DNA of 64,000 nt, taken from NCBI RefSeq assembly GCF_037042905.1, contig NC_087249.1, positions 52,328,001 to 52,392,000 of the forward strand. Direction: 5' to 3'. Shown here piece after piece: positions 1 to 12,959 of the stretch. This DNA comes from Lytechinus pictus (Eukaryota). How positions within the stretch are numbered: position 1 is the first letter of the stretch; each line of letters opens with the position of its first letter. The notes beneath the pieces are model-generated. The model made no database searches and was not told where the DNA came from. It saw nothing but the letters and a program-made list of their open reading frames with translations. Made by a program: the position numbers and the translations under genes.

Positions 1-321
1 AAAACATTTATCTTCATTTATGATCTTCTACTTCATATCTAGAAGATACTGACTCCTAACATTTGCAGTTGAACTAAATCTAGGGTGTCTGATATTAAAT
101 ATTGCGGTCTAATGGGACTCCAAATATGTTATTTTTCTTATATCATTTAATAATATGTAGTTGTGAATTGGTTTTGTTTTAAAAAGATAATTCTGAAAAT
201 GTATTTGTGAATGCAAATATCAACATTCCTTTCGAAAGAAATTACTTCAAAAATTGTTCCAAAGTTTTTGAGAGAGAATTTATGTCAAGTATGACAGTAT
301 CATATTATACAAATAATGATA

Positions 322-411
322 AATAATAATAATATAGGGTATTTATATTGCGCACATATCCACCTTGTTAGGTGCTCAAGGCGCTCCTATATTACCCGGC
401 TAAGCTAGGCG
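322..411 (-). mobile_element. SINE 3' tail fragment
   Basis: (AAT)n plus ...CTAAGCTAGG matches the tail of the 11003-11299 SINE; stops abruptly at the MITE at 412. Confidence 0.6.
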
Positions 412-601
412 TAGAGGACCTAAATAATGAACTCTGTGCTCGACTCGCCTGCATGTAAGCACATGCATGCAGGGCCAAATAATGAACGATGTGTGAGAAG
501 AGCCAATGGATATACCGCACTGAGGTCCGCAGCACCACAGGACCGATTGCGGTATATCCATTTGGCGAGTCGAGCACAGAGTTCATTATTGAGGTCCTCT
601 A
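412..601. mobile_element. MITE with about 38-bp TIRs
   Basis: TAGAGGACCT(A/C)AATAATGAACTCTGTGCTCGACTCGCC and its reverse complement at the ends; internal inverted pair ATGGATATACCGCA. Confidence 0.8.
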
Positions 602-724
602 TGCACAAGAATATGTGCATTGTTTGTTTTATACAATTCCCCCTCACCCCTGTTACTGAGTTGCCCCAAATGCTACATTGTATATTTGATCTAAATTCTA
701 GATAATTCAAGATAATTCTATACC

Positions 725-768
725 TCGCACTATCCTGCACTCTGACGTCAGAGTGCAGGATAGTGCGA
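725..768. repeat. Perfect 44-bp spacerless palindrome centred on TGACGTCA
   Basis: TCGCACTATCCTGCACTCTGAC|GTCAGAGTGCAGGATAGTGCGA. Confidence 0.95.
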
Positions 769-2217
769 TTTGGATGCCATAGTGCAATTTGCTGAATATC
801 ATGTGATCCGATTTGGACCATTCAGATAAGAGAACATCTTGGGAGTTGTATAAAATAAAAATGATAAACTCTCTTTATGTATGATTATCAATCACATTGA
901 TACTCCTGAGTCCTGGGATTAGAATAAACGGAAACAGTAGGAATCATGCTGTGGTAAGAAGTATTGGTGTAACTCATGTTATACTTCATTTTTGTTCCCT
1001 GAAAAGTGCACAATTTTTTCAGTAATTGTATTACCTTGAATACCACCTTATCAGTAGGACATCTTTGGGATCAGAGAAGTCGCTTGATAGAGCAGAAATA
1101 TTTTCCTAGCATTAATTGGTTAAAATAAAGGCAATATATGAAGCAAGCACAAAAGATATTTGCAATTAAAATTACTTTGCCTATAAATAATGTATGGAAT
1201 TACCCGAGGAACAAAAATCATAATGGCTTAAACTTGTGATTTTAAACCCACTTTTACATATATTTCATAAATACTTAAATCCAAAGTCAAGTACCGGTAA
1301 ATATAAAGCCAAATATTTGGAGTCACATTTCATCATAATATTTTAATTGAGAGACCACTGTTAACAGTATATAAACTGGTGGAGGATTATTAAAAACAAC
1401 TTATATCTTTTTTCCATCTGTATGCTTTCATATTTCAACATACATTTATGCCAAACAGACTATTTTTATTTCTTAATTATCTGTGCTATTCACATACAAC
1501 ATATACTACAGTTGCCTGTTTCATTAGAAGCTTATTGTGACTTTGCACAATATAATTGGTCAGAGTTCAACACCCAATCAAAATGAAGTTTTACATGGTG
1601 CATGTACTGTAGCTACCATGATAGCAGAAATACCATTATTGTAAGGAACTGGGGCCCTTTTCATAAAATAGTACCTCTATGGTAACTTTGCCATTGATTT
1701 ATATTCCATGGAAACTGTGATTGGCTGCTAAGCCCTATTACCATGGTAGTTGCCATAATGGCATATTTACGAGAGTTGTAATTCTTCATGAAAAGGGGTC
1801 TTTTGTCATCAACATGACATGGTAGTAATTTATAATCCCCCCCCCCCTTGTCTGAGTTAAACATGTATAAACTCAAATTCAATGGCAAGTATTACAGGTC
1901 TTAAATTCAGAAGTTGTAGTGGAATACCCATGCTTTTTAGAGGGAATTAGATTAAAGGTGACATTGCTAATGGTTGATCCAAGATGTACATACAAAATAC
2001 CATTGCTTGAGCTTGAAAAATAAGTCATCACTTAAAACATAGCTGTTGGGGCAATTTAACTTGTATTTCAAAAAAGTAAAATACTTGAGAATGTCTACAT
2101 GTGGAATGGCATTGTGGCTTCAATTTTTTGAGATAGTCAACCTGGAATCATACAGAAAAACACCACCTAAAAAAATATTTCCCTCAAAATTTGAGATACA
2201 AAGAGATCTATCATCCC

Positions 2218-2351
2218 AGCAATGATAGATATCATTTGTAATCAAAGAACATGTACTTATAGTGTGTTATCTTTGTTTCATAGCAATGATAGATATCATT
2301 TGTAATCAAAGAACATGTACTTGTCATAGTGTGTTATCTTTGTTTCATAGC
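2218..2351. repeat. Tandem duplication of about 64 bp
   Basis: AGCAATGATAGATATCATTTGTAATCAAAGAACATGTACT..TAGTGTGTTATCTTTGTTTCAT occurs twice. Confidence 0.9.
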
Positions 2352-5300
2352 ATACAAAATCAAAGAGAAACAAAATTGCTTTTTACCCATAATGTATATA
2401 TTATCTCAGAAATGACTGCTAGACAAAGTGTGACCCACATACCAACACATGATTTCTTATACACAGTTTTTTTATACCATCAGTAGTGTGCTTTTATGTG
2501 AAAAGATACAAATATTACTTCAAATTCAAAGTGCACTGTTTCATATTATGCATGTCTTATCATTTCACCATCCTAATTTTCTGTTTAAAAAAAAATACTA
2601 CTTGAAATTAAAAATCCATTGTCTTTGTACTATGCTTATCTGGTGATTTTTTTATCATCATATATGATTTACGTAAAAAAATCTGTTGTAGATCTATATT
2701 TTGCTATTAAAACCTTTGCTTTGATACAAGGAAAAAAAAACCAGTCTTCCCATTTAACTGATTTAATCATTAATACAGGTAGGCATAAAGGCTAAGTGTC
2801 ATAGCAAACTTGAGTAGCATCAGCTCAATTTCTGAACTACTCAAACTCTTCCTGAATCCTTACCCAGAAAGTATCATTTTGATCAAGTGGTCTCTTATCT
2901 CTTACCACTAGAACAATTACAAATTTATTAACTGTAATTTTAACGTTCACATCACACGTATGTTGCAGAGGAACAAAAGCACCACGTTGCACCTCCAAAC
3001 ATTCATGTTTCTGATAAATATTTAAAAGCAAATGAAATTTCCACCAAACTTTGCAGTGTATTTTCATTTGTTTGATCAAAATGTTTATCTTTCAAGACTA
3101 CATGTACACTACAGTACAGGTCGCCCGCTGCGTGTTTGGCCACCTTTAAGGAGTCAATATCCTTAGTATCATTTTTAATGGATTAAATGAAGTAATTCAG
3201 AAAATTAGGGTATCCAGGCAATTCATATTCTTATCATTCTGATATGCTTATATCGTTTTGCCTCAACATAATTTGGTATAGATTATGATGTCAGTGAATA
3301 TGATTATTTTCAAAGTAGAAATTGATATGTAGATATCGCATGCCAAGTTTGTTTATGTTTGTTATTGTAGATGTTGAACAGATATTGATATTATGTTTTG
3401 TATCTTTTTTGTTGGTATTTTACCCTCAATTTTCTTGAATACAGACACGATCATCAAAGGATAAGGTGACGATTGAGAAATATTTTCTTTGATGTGAAGT
3501 CTTAGCATGCAGTTCCTTTATCGAGTTCTTGCTCTTATAGACATTCTCTCCATTTTAGCTCTTTATCTTTTGATATAGGTTTACTTTTTGTTCTCATCAA
3601 TTTAATTTAAAACAAATCTAATGTACTGTTAGATAGAACTTTTAGTGTCTTTTTTCTTTGTGACGTTTTGGATCATATTCCTGCATATACAGAGGAGTTT
3701 TGACAATATATTTTTCCAATAGTAGTTTTTCCTGTATATGAATTATGAATGTCACTTGCTACCTCATTTTCTCCAAGATACAGGTACAGGTAATCATTCT
3801 TTCATTTCCTTGGGGGGTATGTTAAATCAAAGGGTTAAGGATGGATTACTAGTAATCAAACCATTGTGAAATATCAATCTTAAAAAGCTTAAGAAAAGAG
3901 AGCTATTGGGGGAAGCATTTTTAATATTTTAATCCATTAAAATCAGGTACAAATTGAAAGTTACAGAGTTTGTAGAGAACACACTTTTCTTTTGATGACA
4001 ATCATTTTTTATCTAGTCCTGCCTTGTTATTTCTATTTCAGGCCTTAGTTTTAATAGGTTTCTTGTCTGCAACAAAAATATCATGCTAGATTCCAGGCCT
4101 TCTGTGAGGTCAACTCTTTTGCTAGCATTCATGTCCTTTTTTATCACCATCATATAAAACACATTTTTCTGTTTACACAAATCTTCTACCAACACGTTCC
4201 CTTCTTCGATCCCTTCACATGTTTTTAGTGTTCATAGCCTTTCAAATCAGTTTTTCACTCAATGCTCAATTAACTTATTAACCAAGTGTGGTGTGCAACA
4301 AGCTTTCTAACTATGATGATAAGTGTGCTCCAGTTTCTTTTGACTTTATCCAAAAAGAAAAGACTTGCAGTGGTGTGCCCGCTTAAGTACATCTTTTGTG
4401 AGCTTCCCGTCATAAATAATCTCACCCCAAAACCTGCTGCTCAGTTGTTCACCCTGAAATGTTGTCTAATATTTCTTTTAATCAGAGTTTTAAGGCATGG
4501 GGGCTAGTTTCATAAGCTGTTTGAAAGTTAAACATGACTTTGTAACCTGTTCTGTGGTTGTTTTACCTATTTTTTTTGGGGGGGGCTGATAAAACGTAGT
4601 GGGGGCGCGTTTGCTCTGATGCTAATAACATTTTGAAGAATGTGTAACTTTTCTCCAGATGCTTATTTACATCAGGAATGGACACAGATATTAGGATCCT
4701 GTTTCATGAAGACTTGTTATAATAACAATTAAACAATTTTTATAACAAGTTTATATATCATCCAATGAAATAAACAATTTCAGTAGCTTTAAATTGCTAT
4801 TGCAAATTTGGTATTATAACAAGTTTTATGAAATGGGACCAAGATTCCAACTTAAGCTGATGGTTAAAAAAAAAACGGCTTAGAAATATCATGCACCAAG
4901 TCTTTTGTAACTTGATAACGGGTTATGAAACAGCACCCTTTTTTTTTCTTTTTGAACTTTTGCTTGGTGTCGGGGCTTTTTTAAAGTGTAATTCAGCAAA
5001 ATAAGCAGTTTGAGATTAAAAAGGTGTGAATATTTGAAAAGGTTATAACGACAGAAAACAAGAGGAAGAACTGAAAATAGGAACAACATAAATGATGTCG
5101 TTAAAGTCATAGGGGTGAAAAAAGGGGTAATGGGGACAAATTGCAGAAACACAGAAGAAAAAAAATTAACTTCCCCCCAAAAAAATTTACTAGAAGAAGA
5201 AAGCAGATCTGAAAAGGATGAAGATATTGATCTGAACAATAAGGAATTTTCATGAATGTCAATAACTGTAACTTTGACATGAAATATAGAAAGGTTATGA

Positions 5301-6109
5301 AATTTCAGATGCACAATTAAATAATTCCACACTAAGCTTCATTAGAAATTTTATAACTTTATTTTGATGTTATAAATATAATTTTTGGACTGTGGTGATT
5401 CTTTTTAATGAGTTTTATAAGAAATTCTTCCTTTTTCTGTGAGTAGCTCTTCTTAGACTTATTTCTTTTAGTCAACAGTTTGCAGTGTTTTTAATGCTTT
5501 TTATGGCATTTTTATTTGGAAGGGTTTTGATGTTCTTCAACTTTAAAACTTCAAATTTGTCAATTTTGCTTTCTATTTGTTTCTACAATTTTCTCATTCA
5601 AAGAAGGTTTTTCTGTTCAGAATAATTGCTCTCTTTCAATATTCTTGTTTACAAATTAATAGCATTTTCCAAATAGATTTTTCCTCTTTTTTTGTAGTTT
5701 AGCAACCGTATCATCTTCTCTACTTTGGTGAAAATGAAGGATATGCTTCTTTCACTCCTAATTTTTTTTTTTCCAATCTAAAAACTCATAATTTAATTAA
5801 TATACAGGTCTTAATTACTACACTAATCAACATACTGTTTAACAATGATGTAAACATGGAAAAGGGCAGCTAATTTAAATCTAACCTTATTAAAAGGAAA
5901 GTAATAATTTGTTTGTTACTTTCAAACTTATATTTTTTTAAATTGAGATTGATTAATTTAAAAACATTTTTTTTTTTTTACATTTTGTTATAAAAGGTTC
6001 CCTACAGCACATTTTCATTTTTTTTTCCAGTTGAAATGAAGTGGAACTTGAAATATTGGATATTCAATAATTTTTTTTTCTGCAATGAATTATTTTCATT
6101 GACATTCAG

Positions 6110-6415
6110 ACTCCTATCATACGACGCAAATACCCTTCCATGGCTACGATCACTACATCGTTTAGCGATGAGTCGGCAGCGAGCACGCTTAGCAGTGACG
6201 ACAGCAGCATGAGCACCGAACCCACCGACATGTCCCAGCTCGGGCCAGGAGGAAGCATGTTCTCTGCCTCTTCGGCAACCATCAATGCAGCCAAGCAGAA
6301 TATTGTACCCTCGGCCTGGCGCAAGCCTCAGCAGTCGCAACGAAGGACCAGGGAGAGAATTTTGTCTGTTCTCAAAGGACTGGGTCAGAATGTTGGATTG
6401 CCCAGGAGCCCATCG
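6110..6415 (+). CDS. fry: furry exon (TPIIRRK...GLPRSPS)
   Basis: ttcag acceptor, GTAAGT donor, phase 0-0; contains WRKPQQSQRRTRE motif. Confidence 0.9.
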
Positions 6416-9400
6416 GTAAGTTAGATAGGGGTTTGCAGTCCTGCTGTTGGTGATAAGTAAGATGTTGTCACACCCATAAGAGACTGATTTTCCATTTACA
6501 GCCAAAGCAAAATGGAAACTCTGTTTTGGTTCTTTACTTTCATGTTCAAATTCATTGAACTTACCTTTGATGTGTACATTTTCTTTGACAAAAGAGAATT
6601 TCCATTTGGATCAAGTTTGAAACGGAATTACAGGTCTTAAGAAACGGAAAAGGCCTTTTTGTAAACGTAAACTCGTTGTCCCTACACCTTGACACTTTAG
6701 CAAAGGTAAGCCATTGTATGAGCTCTAGACATTTTATCATTACAATTCAATTCTTGGAAGAAAAAAATCAAAGAAAAGGAAACTTGATATCTAGAAATTG
6801 TTACAAGCTGTTAACAAATGTTCTTGTCATAGAAATAAGATTAAATTGTCCTACATGTATATAGTGCACATTACACATGTGCATGTACAGTACATGTATG
6901 CTTTGTTGTTGAAATTTTATTTTCTTTAAAAGGTTGCTTTATGATCCATATTAATATCAATATCGATCTTTCACACTCTTTTTCAGGTGATCTTCAGTTC
7001 TACAAGTGACATTACAAATGATCGACAGACCAGCGTATGTTCATCAAGTGATTCTACCTCCATTGTTGACTCTATGAACCCAGAGGGCAGCAAAGCAGAG
7101 GAGAGTGGCGATATACCAACACTCAAAGAGTTTGACTTTGAGGGAGAAGAAGTAGACAGAGAGGTATGCATTGATTTGGGTCAGGATGTGGTGATGATGA
7201 TGGTGATGATGATGACGACGAGGACGACAAAGACGATGATGATGATGATGATGGTAGAGGCGGTGATGATGATGATGATGGNNNNNNNNNNNNNNNNNNN
7301 NNNNNNNNNNNNNNNNNNNNNNNNNNNNNNNNNNNNNNNNNNNNNNNNNNNNNNNNNNNNNNNNNNNNNNNNNNNNNNNNNNNNNNNNNNNNNNNNNNNN
7401 NNNNNNNNNNNNNNNNNNNNNNNNNNNNNNNNNNNNNNNNNNNNNNNNNNNNNNNNNNNNNNNNNNNNNNNNNNNNNNNNNNNNNNNNNNNNNNNNNNNN
7501 NNNNNNNNNNNNNNNGATGATGATAATGAAGAGGATGATGGGTCAGGATGTGGTGATGATGACGNNNNNNNNNNNNNNNNNNNNNNNNNNNNNNNNNNNN
7601 NNNNNNNNNNNNNNNNNNNNNNNNNNNNNNNNNNNNNNNNNNNNNNNNNNNNNNNNNNNNNNNNNNNNNNNNNNNNNNNNNNNNNNNNNNNNGAGTAATG
7701 ATGAAGACAAAAGTTCCTTTCGGCTATTCCCCTGATTTGTATGTCTTTATTCAAGCACCCTTGACCTCTTAACAAAAAAAAAACATCTTTGTTTTATTTT
7801 CAGGATGGTAAAGGTTTTAACTGGTATGACAGCCGTCATTCTTTGGAGGATATTGATTCAAGTGGAGTGACAAACCCTGATCATGAGGGATCCAAATATT
7901 CATCAGAAGATGAGGTAAGAACTTAGGGACAGATACAGGATTCCATGAATGAGAGGAGACAGTAATTATTATATTTCAATGCAAAAAATGAACACTTCTG
8001 AAACAAATAAGAATGTAATTCCCCCCCCCCCCATGAGAAACGTGAATAAACAAAACAACCCAAAAAGAAAAATAAAGGAAAAAATCCCAATGAATTTAAC
8101 TTCTGGTATAAGGGAATGTAATTGATAAGATTTTATGATTTGTATGTAACGAATTCAATCACAACCCACTGTTATTTAGTATATTGCACTTATAAAAACA
8201 AATCAGCAAAAAATTATTGTTCTTTAGTTCTAATTATATAGCAACAATGAGTATTTTCATTGGTTGAAGTGTTCAGTCATTATTTCTAGATTTCTGATTA
8301 GATGTTACGTTTGTTGGGGTGTTGCTTGGATATCTAGTTACGTAAGTTACAACTTCTCAGAATACAGTTTTGTGAAAGTTCTAGTGTTGATATAACAGCA
8401 TTATAACACCATTACCACAAATTACAACAAAAGTTTATAACATTTTTCATACTACCTTGGGCCTAAATATCTCTCACGATGCTTGGATCCGTAGTGAAAT
8501 TGAAGATACAGCTCTCCCATGTTTTATCTGATTGATTCTATAACTTCTGTCATACAGACAAGTATATCAGGCGCTGATGATAATGCACCCAGTCTTGAGA
8601 ATAGTCGTATCTACTCAGGAATGTCTCAAGAATTCATTCCTTCACCAGGGGGCAGCAGCGTCATCCGAAGAACAGCGTCAGGATCATTATCAAGGTCAGA
8701 TATATTTCACTTTCATGCAGAAGTTAAAATTCATATAAGATAGTTTCTTCAATCAGCTGTAACTTTTAACTTTTTTAATGTGTTTATGTAGATAACTTCA
8801 TCAATGATCAACATTTTTGTACGTCCAACCCCATGTAGATAACTCCTTTAAAGTAATCAACTGTTTTGTACATCCTGCCTCCATATACATGAGTTAAATC
8901 ACAGATCTTGGTGACATTGCCAATGGGAGATGTAAAATTGGGTTCCAAAAGGAACCGATCAAACTATACAAGGGCACTGCACAAAATCCACATTATCAAA
9001 TTGAACAATATTTGTTACACATGCTAGCTCCGATAACCTTCACTAAGCACATGTGAATGATTAAGAGATTGGTTGAACCACAGAGAGGCTATAGCCCCTC
9101 ACATCAATTGATTTCAGAATCCAAAGTCACAAAATGGCAAATGAACGACCAATGAAAATGAGATGGACTTCCCAGTTTATCATACATTGTTCACATGCAT
9201 GTTAAGAGATTGGCTTAATCACAAAGAAGCTACAGGAAGTTAAAATCAAAATGATTTTAAATGACTAGAACTATCACACAGCCACAAACAGATTTCCAGG
9301 GATGTCCCGGTAAGCAGGGGATAATCTGAACACGGCATTTATCTGTGTGTGGCTGAGAGAGGTACACACAGACACGCACCATGATCAGATTATCCCCCGC

Positions 9401-12400
9401 TTACCGGGACATCCCATGGCAAGTTTGCATGAGGCTGTGTGATTGTTCCTGTCATTAAAAATTTTGATGTTAATTTCCTGTAGCTCCTTTGTGATTGGGC
9501 CAATCTCTAAAAGATGTTCGTGAAGGACATGTGTAACAAACTGGGAAGTTTGTTTAAGTCCATCTCATTTTCATTGGTCGTTCATTTGCCATTTTGTGAC
9601 TTCTGATTCTGAAATCAATTGATGTGAGGGGCTATAGCCTCTCTGTGATTGAACCAATTTCTTAATTATTCACATGTGCTTTAATAGTACAGATTATTGA
9701 GGCTAGCTTGTGTAAAAATATTGTTCATTTTGACTGAGTGGAATTTGTGCAGTGCCCTTGTATATTTTGATCAGTTTCTTCTGGAACCCAGTTTACATAG
9801 CATTAGGATCTCAGTATTCAAATGCCCATGACTTTCTTATTATTTATTAAATCTTCCTCAAACTTTCAATGATCCGTTTTCTTTGATTTTTCTTTTATAT
9901 ATGAATTCACCTGGCTTCAAGGTTTGCATTTTCTCTTTAAATGTTACTGAAATTTTTTTAGAAGTTTGTTTCATGAATTTGTGTTTTCAATTTGAAGTTT
10001 GTTTCAATCATTTAAATGTTTTCTATCCTAGTGGTGGTAGTGATATTGATAGCATCACATCCCCGATATGCAACTCACCCACCGCCAACTCGTCCTTCAT
10101 CTACATCCCCGTCGATGAGGTGGAAGAAGCCTGGCAGAGTCACGTTGACGCGGTCATGGGGGATACGAGCGGTCGTTTCGCCGTCAATACGTTCCATATC
10201 TTCACACAGCTGTATAAGGTCATGCAGCAGAGGTTCTGCAACCTGACGCGAGAGGCTTGCAATTACCTGGGTGATAGGATGAGAAGCATAGCACTTCAGT
10301 TCCATATCCTTTTAATTGGATCTCTTTGTTGAATTTACAAACGAATTGACGCACAACTGATGACTGTTACTTGTGCTACATGATATGTAAGATATCTCTA
10401 TGTCACTGGCATCTAAAGTTGTGCGTAAAGTCATGTAAAGTCATGCATAAATTAGAAACGTGTGTAAAATCCTTTGTAAAGTATTGCGTCTTTTTTAAAC
10501 AGCTTTATGAAGCACTACTCTGATATCATTAGGCCACTTACAGAGAAATATGTGTTGTCTGTCACCCAGGATGGAAGAGTTTTATGACAAACAAAGTCTG
10601 TGTAATGCACTGTATATTCCATCCATTGACTAAATATTAATACAGGCATTGACTTGCTCTCCTTGGCCAAAATGCTAGGAGCTGAGTGAGAATGTCATTT
10701 GTTTGAAGAGTATGATAGCTAGCTTCACTGATGTAATTTTATTTTTACAGTTTATTTCCAGTGCTTTTGATGATTGTAATCCGTTGCCATGGAAGCTGAA
10801 AACCCAAGATTTTACAAGATGATTTCATTGGTCGAGGCATGCAAGCATTACTGAGATAATCTGCATTCAATTTTAACGTGATATGATGGAAAAAACAATA
10901 TTACTTCGATATTCGAATATAATGCACTATAATTTAAAATTACTATTCTTTATAAAGAATATACCCCCTCATATCTTCATCATAGTTCTTATGAAGAAAG
11001 AAATAATAATAATGGTGGCTACTTATATAGCTTACAGGTGCACCTGCTCCACCTGCTCATGGCGCTTTAACAATGACCCTGCTATTATTATCACCCCAGC
11101 TAAGCTAGGGAACGGATTAAGGCACACACAGCTTTTTGAGGAATTACTTCCTGCCGGTACCCATTTACATTACTGGGTCGCATGCAGCACACAGTGGATG
11201 AATTCCTTACTGAAGGAAATTACGTCATGGCTGGGATTTGAACCCACGACCCTCTGTTTCAAAGTCCAGAGACTAATCCACTGGGCCACAACGCTCCATG
11301 AGATTAACAATCCTTATTGTCCTTAACCTTCTGTTTCACTGAATACCCTTGAAGTCCTGAGCACCCATGCTCTTTGTCCATTTGTCTATGTGGACACCGA
11401 GACCTTGATGATGTGTAGATTACTAGACAGCCATAAATACTGTGTGCTTGAACTCAATGAACACTACGATACATACATCTCAAAAAGGGACCTTACGGTT
11501 GAGGTAAGTCAAACTCTTGGGTCTGAATTCATTAAGATGATTTTGAATCCTTGGTTTGAACGCATGATTTATGCAGATTTTGTGCATTTGTTCATCTTAA
11601 TTCTGCATGTATATTGACAAAACATCCCACGATAAATGAAAGCTTTTGTCAAAGCACTTTAATTGATGCTTGTGATAAAAGCGGGTGTTCATTATTGGAA
11701 GTTTTCTAAATATATGCATTGAATTAAGCATAATTTATGAAATCTACATAAACTATGATTTCAAATCAAGGATTCAAAATTACCTGTGTGAATTTGCTCT
11801 TAAGGGGGATATTGGTATAAACTTAAAATACACAGCAAGTTAGTCAATTTTAGGGCTGCAAATCAATCATAAACCGTACATTCAATTACAGTGAATTGTT
11901 GGCCTGTTCCTATCGTTTGCAAGTTTGTAATCTGAATTTGTAATCAATAGCAAATTAGTTTTGTGCAAAACCCTCTTAGACTGGATTTTTACTTTATGGT
12001 TTTTGTTCCATTGGTTGTTTGATTTTAGCATCCGTGTCTGGGTCCTGTAACACAAAAAATGTGAATTATCATGCAGTTAGTCAGGTTGATTGATTGCACA
12101 TAATGATCAATGCAATCAATCATAGAAATCAGCACTAAGAACAATCACTGAACTTTGTTTTATGAAATCCACCCTCTATCTCTACCAATGCTTCAGCTTT
12201 TGAACCACTTTTCACAGTTAGAATTTATTGCATGACATGTTTCAGATAATGCATCCATTATTGTTTTAACATTCTAATAAAACCGTTGATTCCATTGACT
12301 ATTCTGCAACATTATTTTGTAGTCATAATAGGTGATAGACAACTTTGATAATAGATTAGATTTTCTGTATGTTGCCACCATAGCAGTAATATATTGTTCT

Positions 12401-12902
12401 TAGTATTGTATTAACATATTCAATGAGAAAACATTATGTTTAACTTCAGGGTTTTTTTGTCTTCAGAATTTAGATTTTTATTCCATGTCAATATTCAAAG
12501 AAGATTGAATTATGCATGCTGTCGGTCTTTATTGTGAGTTTGTACTTATGAATCTTTTGAGAGTAAAACAGAAAGGTGATATTTGAAAAAAATATGTTTT
12601 TATCTTTTATAGTGCCTGGATTCAATCAAAGCATCTTTGAAGAGGCAAACTCTCGTAGCTCATGTAAGTATATCACTATGTGCGTTTAAGTTCTTAGGTT
12701 TCAATAACATTTGATTCCTTCATAGAGCATCAATCAATCTGGATTGTTAAAGTATTAGTGAAAACCATTTGAAATTTCATAGGAATCTAACAAGTCTAAT
12801 ATTTGAGTTCCAAGAGCACTTAACAGATTGCATAAATACTGTTTGATATTTGCAAATGTTATTTGATATTCTAATTTTGGTAATAGTGATAATGATGTTG
12901 AC

Positions 12903-12959
<57 letters not shown>

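Noticed and set aside
1-6109. Further upstream furry exons
   Set aside because: No exon with suitable splice sites and Furry-like peptide found; treated as a long intron with repeats.
7044-7775. Poly-His/Met/Asp ORFs across the N gaps
   Set aside because: Translations of (GAT)n microsatellite and Ns; the real exon ends at the 7163 donor. An Asp-rich exon hidden in the gaps cannot be fully excluded.
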